Counted from the first letter of the stretch, positions 9,673-18,062 are shown. The stretch: DNA of 64,000 bases from an uncultured Pseudomonadales bacterium (GCA_964406075.1 CAYOQI010000002.1:96565-160564); one strand, 5' to 3'. The notes: generated from the sequence alone by a model not told the origin. Program-made: numbers and translations.

Positions 9673-9981
9673 ATGTCAACTTCTGAAAAATTAAGTTGCT
9701 CTAATCCTGTTGAGAGATTGAATAAAACAAAAACTGCCTTTATTTTTTGGTGCCCCATTTTGAATATACGATTGGATTACTTAACTAAAAAACACTGTTC
9801 AGCTGAAGAACAATTAGCTTGTCAGCATCTTTTAGCAGGAACAACTTTAAGTGGAATCAATTTTCACGACGTATCAAAAAGTGGCAAATCAAAAGATCAT
9901 GGCGAAGATCTGGAACAGGGGCATTCAGGATCAGATGAAACAAGAACTTATGAAATAAACCGTTTCCGTGATGAAGAATAA
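9673..9981 (+). CDS. hypothetical protein (weak call)
   Basis: 102-aa ORF with no RBS or -10 box nearby and atypical composition. Confidence 0.25.
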   Translation: MSTSEKLSCSNPVERLNKTKTAFIFWCPILNIRLDYLTKKHCSAEEQLACQHLLAGTTLSGINFHDVSKSGKSKDHGEDLEQGHSGSDETRTYEINRFRDEE

Positions 9982-10049
9982 ATTCTGACTGAAATTTTTT
10001 TCTTAACTAACCAGTCAACTGCCAACTATCCAACCAGTTAACTTACATG

Positions 10050-10133
10050 TGCACCTACCAAGAACTTGCCTACCGGCAGGCAGGTCGAACTTGGATCAAC
10101 GGTTCCATCCACCCGCTTGTTTGCCATTCCCAA
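10050..10133 (-). pseudogene. Decayed tRNA-Arg copy / att-like 3'-half remnant with a 20-nt insertion in the T-loop
   Basis: The 3' half GGAACCGTTGATCCAAGTTCGA[20 nt]TTCTTGGTAGGTGCA matches the adjacent tRNA at 36/37 positions. There is no complementary 5' acceptor strand and no foldable D or anticodon arm. Confidence 0.7.
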
Positions 10134-10150
10134 GTCCTGACGAAGAAGAG

Positions 10151-10222
10151 TGCACCCACCAAGAATCGAACTTGGATCAACGGTTCCGCAAACCGCTATT
10201 CTATCCATTAAACTATGGGTGC
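10151..10222 (-). tRNA. tRNA-Arg (anticodon GCG)
   Basis: Manual fold, 72 nt: GCACCCA/TGGGTGC acceptor, anticodon arm GCGGT-TTGCGGA-ACCGT, T-arm CCAAG-TTCGATT-CTTGG. No encoded CCA. Confidence 0.85.
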
Positions 10223-10280
10223 TTACAGGTATTTTACCAAATTTCCCTGAAATTAACCGATGAACTATTCAACCAATGAA

Positions 10281-13200
10281 CTACTTTTCTGGTTTCATCC
10301 ATGTGTAATACAACACGGGGATGAAAAGTAACATGATTGTACTGGAAACTAACAATCCTGAGATAATAGCTCCACCGAGACCTCTCCACAATGGATCAGC
10401 AATAGTGATCGGAAGTAGCCCAAATATAGTACAGACTTTGGTGAGAATGATTGGTTCCAAACGACTGGCCCCTGCATCCGCAATCGAATCTTCAAAATTC
10501 ATACCTTCTTTTTGATTCAAATTAATTTTGTCTACGATAAACATTGAGTTGGTCACCACAATTCCGAATAAGGAAAGAACACCAATCATGGCTGGGAAAG
10601 ATAAGGCTGTACCAGTCAACGCAAAAGCTAAGAACACTGATGAAACTGCTAAAGGAATGACGATTAATACAATCGCAGCCTGACGGAATGAGCCAAACTG
10701 TACGACCATCGTGATCATAATGAGAACCGCAGACAACACCATGGCTTGTAAAATCGACTGAATCGATTTTGCATTTTCATCATTCACTCCTCCTGTTTTC
10801 CATTCATATCCATTTGGAAGTTCAATTGACTGGGTGAATTCTTGAAGCTTGGTATTTTCTTCTGAGATGGAAGAACCTGGACGCACTGCCGCAGTCACAG
10901 TGAGTGAACGTTGGAAATCTTCGCGAGTAATACTAGTTGGATTGACTTCTGTTTCTAATCTGCCGAGTGACATCAATGGAACGCTTTGACCTTGAGGATT
11001 TGTTACCGACAATTGAGATAATCCCTCAATATCAGCTGAACCATCATGTAAGCGCAGAACAACTTCCGTTTCCTGATCAGCATTTTCTGATAGTTTTAAT
11101 TCGTCCAATGTGAAGCCACTAGCATAGAGTCGAAGAGCAAATCCAAGAGTATCAGCACTAATCCCATTTTCCGTTAACTTGGTTGTATCTGGAATAAAGA
11201 CGACTTTACTGGTTCCTTCTTTGACCGATTTATTGACGTTCGTTAAGCCTTCTTGTTGGGATAAGAACTCTACTACCCGATCAGCTTGATGATTCAGCTC
11301 TGACAAATCTTCTCCGAGTAATCCAATTTGAATATCGGCTCCTGCTGGAGGTCCACCAGATTGTTCGATGATCGAAACTGTACCATTTGGATAATTCTCA
11401 AATTCTTTTCTGAGTTCCTCAGCAATATCATAGGAAGCGATTGATCGCTCTTCCAAATCACTCAATCGCAGAGTAAAGGTTGCCAAATTACTGCCATCTC
11501 CTCCACCACCAAATCCATCCCCAGCGCCTCTTCCAACATCAGCAGTCACATAGTGAAGTTCTGTGGTATTTCGTAATTGATTCAACACATTCATTGCTTC
11601 AGCTTGAGTACGTTCTTGAGTAGTGCCTGCTGGCAATTCAAGTTGGACAAATAATTGTTCTACATCAGTTTTAGGAAAAAATTCATTTTTGACAAAACCT
11701 AAAGGAAGCAAGGAAAAACTAAAGATGGAATAGCCGACCACAGCAATCAATACATTTCTTCGTGCTGATTTACTCTTTAAAATTCTTGCAATGAATCGTC
11801 GATAACGATCTGCAAAAGCTTCAACATCAATGACTCCATTATTAATAAGACGATTTAAAAATGAGCCTGTTCGTTTTGCTCTCGAACTTGAACGACGAGC
11901 TAGAGCTTGTTGAATAACTGCTTGAGTTCTATTTTTGAATGCTGGAAATACTCGAAGCAGAACCAAAGTAGAAATGACGTACACAAACAAAGCGATTGGG
12001 AAGATCGGACTCTTGAATGTCAAAAATCCGACTACAGCTAAGACACTTACAAACAGGACAATCTTAAAAAAGGTCGCAAGCCTCGATGGAATGACTGGTT
12101 TGAGCAACACAATCATTAAAGGTAACGTGATTAAAACAGCTATTGCAGTTGAAGAAATCATTGTCACGGTCACAACAATTGGAATCGGTTTGATAAACTC
12201 ACCAATAATTCCTGAAGTAATAAGCAAAGGAACAAAGGACCAAATAGTTGTCAACGTCGTTGACCAAATCGGAACAATCGTATCTTTCCAAACTAAAATC
12301 CCAGTCTCAAGCGGAGTAAATCGTCCAGAACGATAATAAGTTGTCATTGCTGATACCACCACAATCGTGTCATCAACGAGTAAACCTAGTGCTAAAAGAA
12401 ATGCAAACAAAGATAAGAAATTAATTGACATCCCAAAGACTTGCATCAAGAAAAAGGCTGACAAAAAGGTAAGTGGAACAGTTAAAGATGAAATTAAGGC
12501 CTGACGTAAACCCAAGAAAAGAAGCAACGTTCCCATGACCAATAAAATAGTTGTTCGGAACTCCCCAACTAAGTGAGTAAACTGCTCCACAATTTCTTCA
12601 CTGGCATTTGAGAGAGTGATGATTTCATACCCTTCTCCGTTTTCTGCCATAAATTCCTCAACTGCCACTTTGACATCTTCCCCGGCGGCATCAATATCAG
12701 TACCGACTGTTTTAAAGATAGAAAAAGTAACACCTTGGCGAGCTTCTTGATCGGGTGTTGCCACATATGATAATGCTTGTCCTGGCTTTGATCGTAACGC
12801 CACACTAGCAATGTCAGACAACGCGAGTGTTTTTCCTTGTACAGTTATTTGCAAACTGCGAATGTCATCTACTGTTTCAATCTCAGGATCTATTGTTAAT
12901 GCAAATGTATTTGCACCTGTTTCAACTGTTCCAGCTGGCAATGAGGCACGTGCTCTCTTAAGTTGTTGAGAGAGTTGGAAAGGATTGAGTCCATACTGAG
13001 CCAATTTGTTCGAATCGACTTCTACAATGACTTCTTGCACATCAAATCCAGAGGTACTCACTCGATCTATTGAACCCACATCTTCGATGTGATCTCTGAG
13101 ATCATGTACGGTATTCATGAGATCAGGGAAACTTTTTTCAGTTACTAAGGCAAATTGCCAAATTGGCTGATCTTCAAAATCAAGTGCTGTTACTGAAGGA

Positions 13201-13652
13201 TCTTGAGCGTCTTCTGGCAAATCACGTACCGAATCAACTTTTGATTGCACATCATCGCGAGCTTTATCTCGACTTACAGTTGAAAGGAACTGAAGTGTGA
13301 CAATTGAGACGTTATCTCTGGAATTAGAAGTAATGGTATCAATGTCTTTGAGTGAACGCAGTGCATCTTCAATTGGAATCGTAATCAAACTTTCTACGTC
13401 GGTAGGCCCTGCTCCGGGAAGAACTGTCACGACTGTTACGATAGGAATTTCAACTTCTGGGTTTAATCTTTTGGGCAACTGTGTATAGGCAACTGTTCCA
13501 AGTAAAGCAATTGTAATAATCAGAAGAATCACAAGTCGAATATTTTGGATAAAACGTCCAACAAGACTATCCTTCAATTTAGGATCAAAAGTTAATCGAT
13601 CCAAATAGGATTTAGACTCAGTTGGTAATTTCGTTCGTTTTTCTGCTGCCAT
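10281..13652 (-). CDS. RND-superfamily efflux transporter (AcrB/AcrD/AcrF family)
   Basis: 1123 aa with 12-TM RND topology, two large extracytoplasmic loops and the typical N-terminus FIQNIRLVILLIITIALLG. It follows an MFP gene. Confidence 0.9.
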   Translation of the reverse strand: MAAEKRTKLPTESKSYLDRLTFDPKLKDSLVGRFIQNIRLVILLIITIALLGTVAYTQLPKRLNPEVEIPIVTVVTVLPGAGPTDVESLITIPIEDALRSLKDIDTITSNSRDNVSIVTLQFLSTVSRDKARDDVQSKVDSVRDLPEDAQDPSVTALDFEDQPIWQFALVTEKSFPDLMNTVHDLRDHIEDVGSIDRVSTSGFDVQEVIVEVDSNKLAQYGLNPFQLSQQLKRARASLPAGTVETGANTFALTIDPEIETVDDIRSLQITVQGKTLALSDIASVALRSKPGQALSYVATPDQEARQGVTFSIFKTVGTDIDAAGEDVKVAVEEFMAENGEGYEIITLSNASEEIVEQFTHLVGEFRTTILLVMGTLLLFLGLRQALISSLTVPLTFLSAFFLMQVFGMSINFLSLFAFLLALGLLVDDTIVVVSAMTTYYRSGRFTPLETGILVWKDTIVPIWSTTLTTIWSFVPLLITSGIIGEFIKPIPIVVTVTMISSTAIAVLITLPLMIVLLKPVIPSRLATFFKIVLFVSVLAVVGFLTFKSPIFPIALFVYVISTLVLLRVFPAFKNRTQAVIQQALARRSSSRAKRTGSFLNRLINNGVIDVEAFADRYRRFIARILKSKSARRNVLIAVVGYSIFSFSLLPLGFVKNEFFPKTDVEQLFVQLELPAGTTQERTQAEAMNVLNQLRNTTELHYVTADVGRGAGDGFGGGGDGSNLATFTLRLSDLEERSIASYDIAEELRKEFENYPNGTVSIIEQSGGPPAGADIQIGLLGEDLSELNHQADRVVEFLSQQEGLTNVNKSVKEGTSKVVFIPDTTKLTENGISADTLGFALRLYASGFTLDELKLSENADQETEVVLRLHDGSADIEGLSQLSVTNPQGQSVPLMSLGRLETEVNPTSITREDFQRSLTVTAAVRPGSSISEENTKLQEFTQSIELPNGYEWKTGGVNDENAKSIQSILQAMVLSAVLIMITMVVQFGSFRQAAIVLIVIPLAVSSVFLAFALTGTALSFPAMIGVLSLFGIVVTNSMFIVDKINLNQKEGMNFEDSIADAGASRLEPIILTKVCTIFGLLPITIADPLWRGLGGAIISGLLVSSTIMLLFIPVLYYTWMKPEK

Positions 13653-13722
13653 AGGTTTGGTCTCTCTTCCTTTGGGGAGAGATTAAGAGAGGGGTATATG
13701 CCCTCAATTATCCTGAAAAAAT
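13653..13722 (-). repeat. Intercistronic two-hairpin element, copy A
   Basis: Transcribed strand: GAGGG-CATATAC-CCCTC TCTTAATC TCTCTC-CCCAAAGGAA-GAGAGA CCAAACCT ATG. Block ATATACCCCTCTCTTnATC and block TCTCTCCC(C)AAAGGrrGAGAGA recur at 30943..31018. Confidence 0.7.
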
Positions 13723-15174
13723 CTACTCCATCCTCACTTCTTCTCCCTCTTGGACTGATCTGGAAACAATTACACTATCGCTGGAAGTAATTCCTGAATT
13801 GACTCGCACAAATCGACCTTGCACTTCTCCCAACCCAACATCCACTGAATCAGCTAAAGTTTTTTCTCCATCTTTTTTGACAATATAGACGTAGGCTTTG
13901 TCTTGAGTTTGATACACGCTATCGAGAGGAATGAATAAATTATCATCAACCACTTTTGATGAACCTATCGAAACACTCACCGGAATTGAAGTTCCATTCG
14001 TGAGGTTTAAACCATACTGAGCAGGAATCGAGTAGAGAATACTATAGAGTGTGCCATCGGTCGCTTCAGTGGAAATGTATCGTGGATACACCATCACTCG
14101 TCGCTGACCAACTTGAAACTCACTAGGTTCACTCAGAGTAATTTGTTTTGCGGTATCTCTAGGTACAAGTACAATCGCTGTATTCTCACCAGCTTCGGCT
14201 TTAATGGTGGCAATCAAAGTTCCAGGAGCAACGGATTGTCCTACTTTTACATGGACTCGTTCCACAACTCCAGGACATGGAGATGAAGGATACATCATGC
14301 TTTCTGACACTCGTGCTAATTTATAATTCAGTTCAGAAATGTCTCGGGTTAAAACCATAGATTTTTCTTGTAGTTCTAATTGTTTAATCGTTAAATCTCG
14401 AGAAGTTCGTCCCATCTCAGCGGGCTCTTGATCTTCAGAAGTTTGATACTCAGCGGTTCGAAGTCCCGAACGAAGTTGACTGAGTGAAGCCAAAGCTCCA
14501 GCTTTACCTTGCTTGGCTCCTAAAATCGCAGCGTCATTGGATCCATTCACATTGGTGCTTTCTAAAAATTCAATTTGATCCTCTAAGGTATTAAAAATTT
14601 CTTCAGTCATGGAAATTAAAGTTCGAGTCTCGTCGAGAGATTTACGTCCAATTTCTCGAAGCTCTGCGCCTTGAGTCTCACCTTTGTTCGCCAAATCACG
14701 TTGTTTGCCAATCATGTCTTTTTGCAAATCAAAGTTATCTCGATTAAATTCAAAGCTTTTCTGTGCAATTTGTCGTGAAAGACTGGAAACATTCCCTCCA
14801 GCTGGAGTAGTAGAAAGAGAGACTACACTTTGACCTCGTCCTACTTCTTTTCCTTCAGTCACATTTATTTTCTGGACAATTCCAGCAGATTGGGCATACA
14901 CATTAATGACTCCTGACTTCTCCACTTTCGCAGTCATTGTCATTTTTGGACTTTCACCAAAGGTATATGTTTCTATTAAAGTCGGCTCAGGTGCTGGCTT
15001 TGCAGCTTCTTGAGTTGGACGTTGAATAAATTGGGACAACAAAACAAGGAGAAATAAAAGTCCAAACAATCCAAACACACTAATAAGTGGTTTATCTTGG
15101 ATAAATCGGTTCGCTCGTTGAGTTCGAGGGGTAATATATGTTTTTCTGATTCGGGTTATATCTGGAAGTTTCAT
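13723..15174 (-). CDS. Efflux RND periplasmic adaptor / membrane fusion protein (HlyD family), N-terminally anchored
   Basis: 483 aa with an N-terminal TM, a coiled-coil hairpin, and lipoyl/beta-barrel-like motifs (VEKSGVINVYAQSAGIVQKINVTEGKEV..; VERVHVKVGQSVAPGTLIATI). Confidence 0.85.
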   Translation of the reverse strand: MKLPDITRIRKTYITPRTQRANRFIQDKPLISVFGLFGLLFLLVLLSQFIQRPTQEAAKPAPEPTLIETYTFGESPKMTMTAKVEKSGVINVYAQSAGIVQKINVTEGKEVGRGQSVVSLSTTPAGGNVSSLSRQIAQKSFEFNRDNFDLQKDMIGKQRDLANKGETQGAELREIGRKSLDETRTLISMTEEIFNTLEDQIEFLESTNVNGSNDAAILGAKQGKAGALASLSQLRSGLRTAEYQTSEDQEPAEMGRTSRDLTIKQLELQEKSMVLTRDISELNYKLARVSESMMYPSSPCPGVVERVHVKVGQSVAPGTLIATIKAEAGENTAIVLVPRDTAKQITLSEPSEFQVGQRRVMVYPRYISTEATDGTLYSILYSIPAQYGLNLTNGTSIPVSVSIGSSKVVDDNLFIPLDSVYQTQDKAYVYIVKKDGEKTLADSVDVGLGEVQGRFVRVNSGITSSDSVIVSRSVQEGEEVRME

Positions 15175-15182
15175 AGCCCGAG

Positions 15183-15191
15183 ATTATACCA
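15183..15191 (-). promoter_or_regulatory. Extended -10 box TGGTATAAT, 8 nt upstream of the MFP start codon (leaderless candidate)
   Basis: Minus strand reads TGGTATAAT-CTCGGGCT-ATG. No SD is possible in an 8-nt spacer. Confidence 0.55.
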
Positions 15192-15238
15192 GGAAAAACG
15201 AAAAAAAACACGCTATGATAAACTTTTTTCGTCGATCT

Positions 15239-16090
15239 TTACGGTCGACTTTCGCACGCCACTCCATCTCCCACACCTACATTATCCAAATTCATCGGGT
15301 CATTGGTTGAGGTGAACCCACACCCATCGAAAAACGCTTGTGCCTCAACGTGGGTTTTAAAATCCGAACAATCCAAATCAGGACCAACACAATTTCCTGG
15401 TTGACCAGGAACAGGAGCGGGTTTTGGACTAGAACTAACTGGCACTGAAACCGGACACGCATTTTCTGCCCACAATCCTTTTTTAGATTCTTGGGCTTCT
15501 TTTTGTGCTTGAAGATAAAGCACTCTATATTTATGAGGTGTTGAAGAATACAAAGATTCAACGGCAAATCCTTCTCTCAGCATTTTCAATCCAACATCTT
15601 CACTCTCAAGAAATATAAATCTCAACAATCGCCCATAACGATCTCGATCTGATTGAGTGATATCAGTTTGCAAACTAACCTTTTTTCCTATCAACAATTC
15701 TCTCAACTTCTGAGAAGCTTGCGCACCAAAACATTCAATCGGTCTACGAGGATCCACAGTTTCCGGCGTATTAATTCCTACTATGCGAACTGTTTCTATC
15801 TTGCCATTAATTTCTACTTTAATCGTATCCCCATCCACAACTGTGGTAACAGGATATGTTGTACTGTTTACATCAATGGGTTCAGAAGTTTGTTCAACTG
15901 TGACTCCTTCGACCGAAGCTTCTTGAATTGTTGAGTCAGGAATTTTTTCAGTCGCAGTACTGGGTGAAGCCGAAACCTCAGGATAAGTTTCAGTTTTTTT
16001 TAACGCTGACGATACCATCACAAACAGTACTATTATTAGTAGTCCATGTGTCCAACGAATATTGGGAATTATTTTAGGGAAAACTTTCAT
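15239..16090 (-). CDS. Secreted thermonuclease (SNase) with C-terminal Excalibur Ca-binding domain
   Basis: N-terminal TM/signal. SNase motifs VDGDTIKV..VRIVGINTPE and RYGRLLRFI. C-terminus DCSDFKTHVEAQAFF...GDGVACE. ATG 16090 is preferred over TTG 16093. Confidence 0.85.
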   Translation of the reverse strand: MKVFPKIIPNIRWTHGLLIIVLFVMVSSALKKTETYPEVSASPSTATEKIPDSTIQEASVEGVTVEQTSEPIDVNSTTYPVTTVVDGDTIKVEINGKIETVRIVGINTPETVDPRRPIECFGAQASQKLRELLIGKKVSLQTDITQSDRDRYGRLLRFIFLESEDVGLKMLREGFAVESLYSSTPHKYRVLYLQAQKEAQESKKGLWAENACPVSVPVSSSPKPAPVPGQPGNCVGPDLDCSDFKTHVEAQAFFDGCGFTSTNDPMNLDNVGVGDGVACESRP

Positions 16091-16098
16091 CAATATAC

Positions 16099-16584
16099 TT
16101 AAATTTTCTTAAAAAAATCAATTCGTCCTTCACCTTCAACATAGTAATCTGGAATGTGGGAGACTTCTTTGTACCCTACACTTTTATACATTTCTCTGGC
16201 TGGACCGTATGATTCAATATCACATGATAATACGTGAATATATCGTCCACCTTGACTTTTAACGTATTTTTCAATTTGTTGCAAAATTTCTTTGCCAAGC
16301 CCTTTTCGTCGATAATTTTTATGAACTGCAATGTAGTCAGCATCCATTTCATATCCACCACTTCCATATTTATTTTCTCTTACTCCTCCCGTCGCAATGA
16401 TTTCTCCATCTTTTTCAATAAACCAATATTTGTGATGCCAGTTCTTTAAACTATCTACTGGTGCCTTTTGAACTAATGTTTTCTCTTCAGGTGCCCATGT
16501 CTGATCAAACGTATTTTCCGAAGTGAGAAACTCTCCAACTTTTTTGGCTTGCTCCTCAGTTGTAACTTCTTGCATCTTATCCAT
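16099..16584 (-). CDS. GNAT-family N-acetyltransferase
   Basis: 161 aa with acetyl-CoA motif YRRKGLGKEILQQIEKYVKSQG. Confidence 0.8.
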   Translation of the reverse strand: MDKMQEVTTEEQAKKVGEFLTSENTFDQTWAPEEKTLVQKAPVDSLKNWHHKYWFIEKDGEIIATGGVRENKYGSGGYEMDADYIAVHKNYRRKGLGKEILQQIEKYVKSQGGRYIHVLSCDIESYGPAREMYKSVGYKEVSHIPDYYVEGEGRIDFFKKI

Positions 16585-16590
16585 ATTTTT

Positions 16591-17541
16591 TTAAACAATA
16601 AAATCTACTTCGGATTTTTTCCCTCGTAATATTGTTAAAGCTCGATTTAGGTAATTTTCTACAGTTCTCTTTTCTGCATCAACAGTACACCAAGCTATAT
16701 GTGGCGTAGCTATTAAGTTCTTTTCACTTTCAAGTTTTAGTAAAGCTGGGTCAAATATTTCCACTGCATAACCTTTAATTTTATCTTGATTTAGAAGATC
16801 CACTACACTTTTTTTATCATATAACTCATCAGCAGCTGATATATCAATTAAGTAATTATGTGGTTGAAGAAGTGAAGGAAAGTTTGACAGTAACTTAATC
16901 GTATCTGCATTCGTTGCAATTGTGATAAATATGATATCTTGTTTGACTACTTCTTCTAAAGAAACTTTTTTAGCTTCAACATTTTCAACCGAACGATTGT
17001 AATAAACTGTTGGAATTCCCAAAGCCTTCAAAGTCTCAAGTAACTCTTTTCCAACATTTCCCATTCCAATAATTCCTGCTGTTTTTCCATATCTCTCTTC
17101 TCCCAAAATTAATCCTTCTGGCATATTCATTGACTGAGTGAAAACTGGAAATTTGCTGAGTAACATAAACATTGCCGTGATTGCATATTGAGCAACGGAC
17201 TTTGCATTCGCACCTCCATTGTTGCGATATTTTATTCCCATTTTCTTCAAAAGTTCCAAATCTAATCCTTCATATGATGAATAGGGAGAAAGCAAATATT
17301 TAACATTTTTAAATTTTGAAAGATGTTGAGAAAAAGCTGAAAATCCATCAGACAAAGCAAAGTTATTGAACAGAACAATCTTCTCAGTTTCATCAAATAA
17401 TTCAGGAATATTGGAAAAATCTGGTTTTATTTCATCGTAGGCAACTGCCTTATATTCTGAAGTAATTTGGTCAAAAAGATTTTTACCATATGTCAATAAA
17501 TCTTGATGACTGCTTTTTGCAGAGAGGATAATTGGTTTCAT
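16591..17541 (-). CDS. D-isomer-specific 2-hydroxyacid dehydrogenase family protein
   Basis: NAD-binding GIIGMGNVGKELLETLKALG and the C-terminal catalytic region ATPHIAWCT. Confidence 0.8.
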   Translation of the reverse strand: MKPIILSAKSSHQDLLTYGKNLFDQITSEYKAVAYDEIKPDFSNIPELFDETEKIVLFNNFALSDGFSAFSQHLSKFKNVKYLLSPYSSYEGLDLELLKKMGIKYRNNGGANAKSVAQYAITAMFMLLSKFPVFTQSMNMPEGLILGEERYGKTAGIIGMGNVGKELLETLKALGIPTVYYNRSVENVEAKKVSLEEVVKQDIIFITIATNADTIKLLSNFPSLLQPHNYLIDISAADELYDKKSVVDLLNQDKIKGYAVEIFDPALLKLESEKNLIATPHIAWCTVDAEKRTVENYLNRALTILRGKKSEVDFIV

Positions 17542-18026
17542 AAATATTTTAATAAAAATACAGCGGAGTTTTCTGTTCCATACTGATAATCACGAATCCA
17601 ACCAGCATCTTCATAACCATTTTTTTGATAGAAATGTACTACTCTTTCATCATCTTTATTTGTATACACAAACATTTTTATAGCACCATTTTCCTTTGCA
17701 TACTTTTCCATTTCTTTCAAAAGTGAGCTCCCAACTCCATTACCTTCAGCACCAGCTTTCACTGCAGCAATTACAATCACCCATTTTTCTAATCCTTCTC
17801 TACCATTGATAGGATTTTCTTGTTGAGCATAGATCATTCCGATAACTTCATTTTCATCAGAGATAGCTTTGAGGCATATTCCTCTTTTTTGTTCAATCAT
17901 TTTTTTCATCTCATCGAAAGAAAACCATTCATCCAATGAAAAATCAGAAGTAATTGAAAAGGAGGATTCAGCAACATTTCGCACTTCGAGAAGATCATCA
18001 GAAATTTTAAAGGGGATTATTTTCAT
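17538..18026 (-). CDS. GNAT-family N-acetyltransferase
   Basis: 162 aa with motif GNGVGSSLLKEMEKYAKENG. It has a 4-nt ATGA overlap with the downstream gene and TAGAAT 6 nt upstream of the ATG. Confidence 0.8.
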   Translation of the reverse strand: MKIIPFKISDDLLEVRNVAESSFSITSDFSLDEWFSFDEMKKMIEQKRGICLKAISDENEVIGMIYAQQENPINGREGLEKWVIVIAAVKAGAEGNGVGSSLLKEMEKYAKENGAIKMFVYTNKDDERVVHFYQKNGYEDAGWIRDYQYGTENSAVFLLKYL

Positions 18027-18062
18027 AAATGAATTCTATCACTTCTACGTTTTATAATTTTG

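Noticed and set aside
9673-9981. 102-aa ORF as a confident gene
   Set aside because: It is kept only as a low-confidence feature. It has no SD or -10 box and odd composition, and it lies adjacent to the tRNA scar, so it may be non-coding.
10050-10222. Integrated mobile element at the tRNA-Arg att-like duplication
   Set aside because: Only 45 nt separate the intact tRNA from the duplicated 3' half. No integrase, excisionase or phage genes lie within about 10 kb on either side. At most this is a scar.
10049-10279. 76-aa plus-strand ORF (MHLPRTCLPAGRSNLDQRF...)
   Set aside because: It is read entirely through the antisense of tRNA-Arg(GCG) and its decayed copy. The internal peptide repeat (SNLDQRF twice) simply reflects the duplicated tRNA 3' half.
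11935-12336. Long antisense ORFs inside large membrane-protein genes (also 19788..20186, 45957..46850, 62777..63157, 7090..7347)
   Set aside because: These are shadow ORFs opposite strongly supported CDS (RND pump, NhaP, MFS, ThrC, glycosidase). They have hydrophobic or low-complexity translations and no independent start signals.
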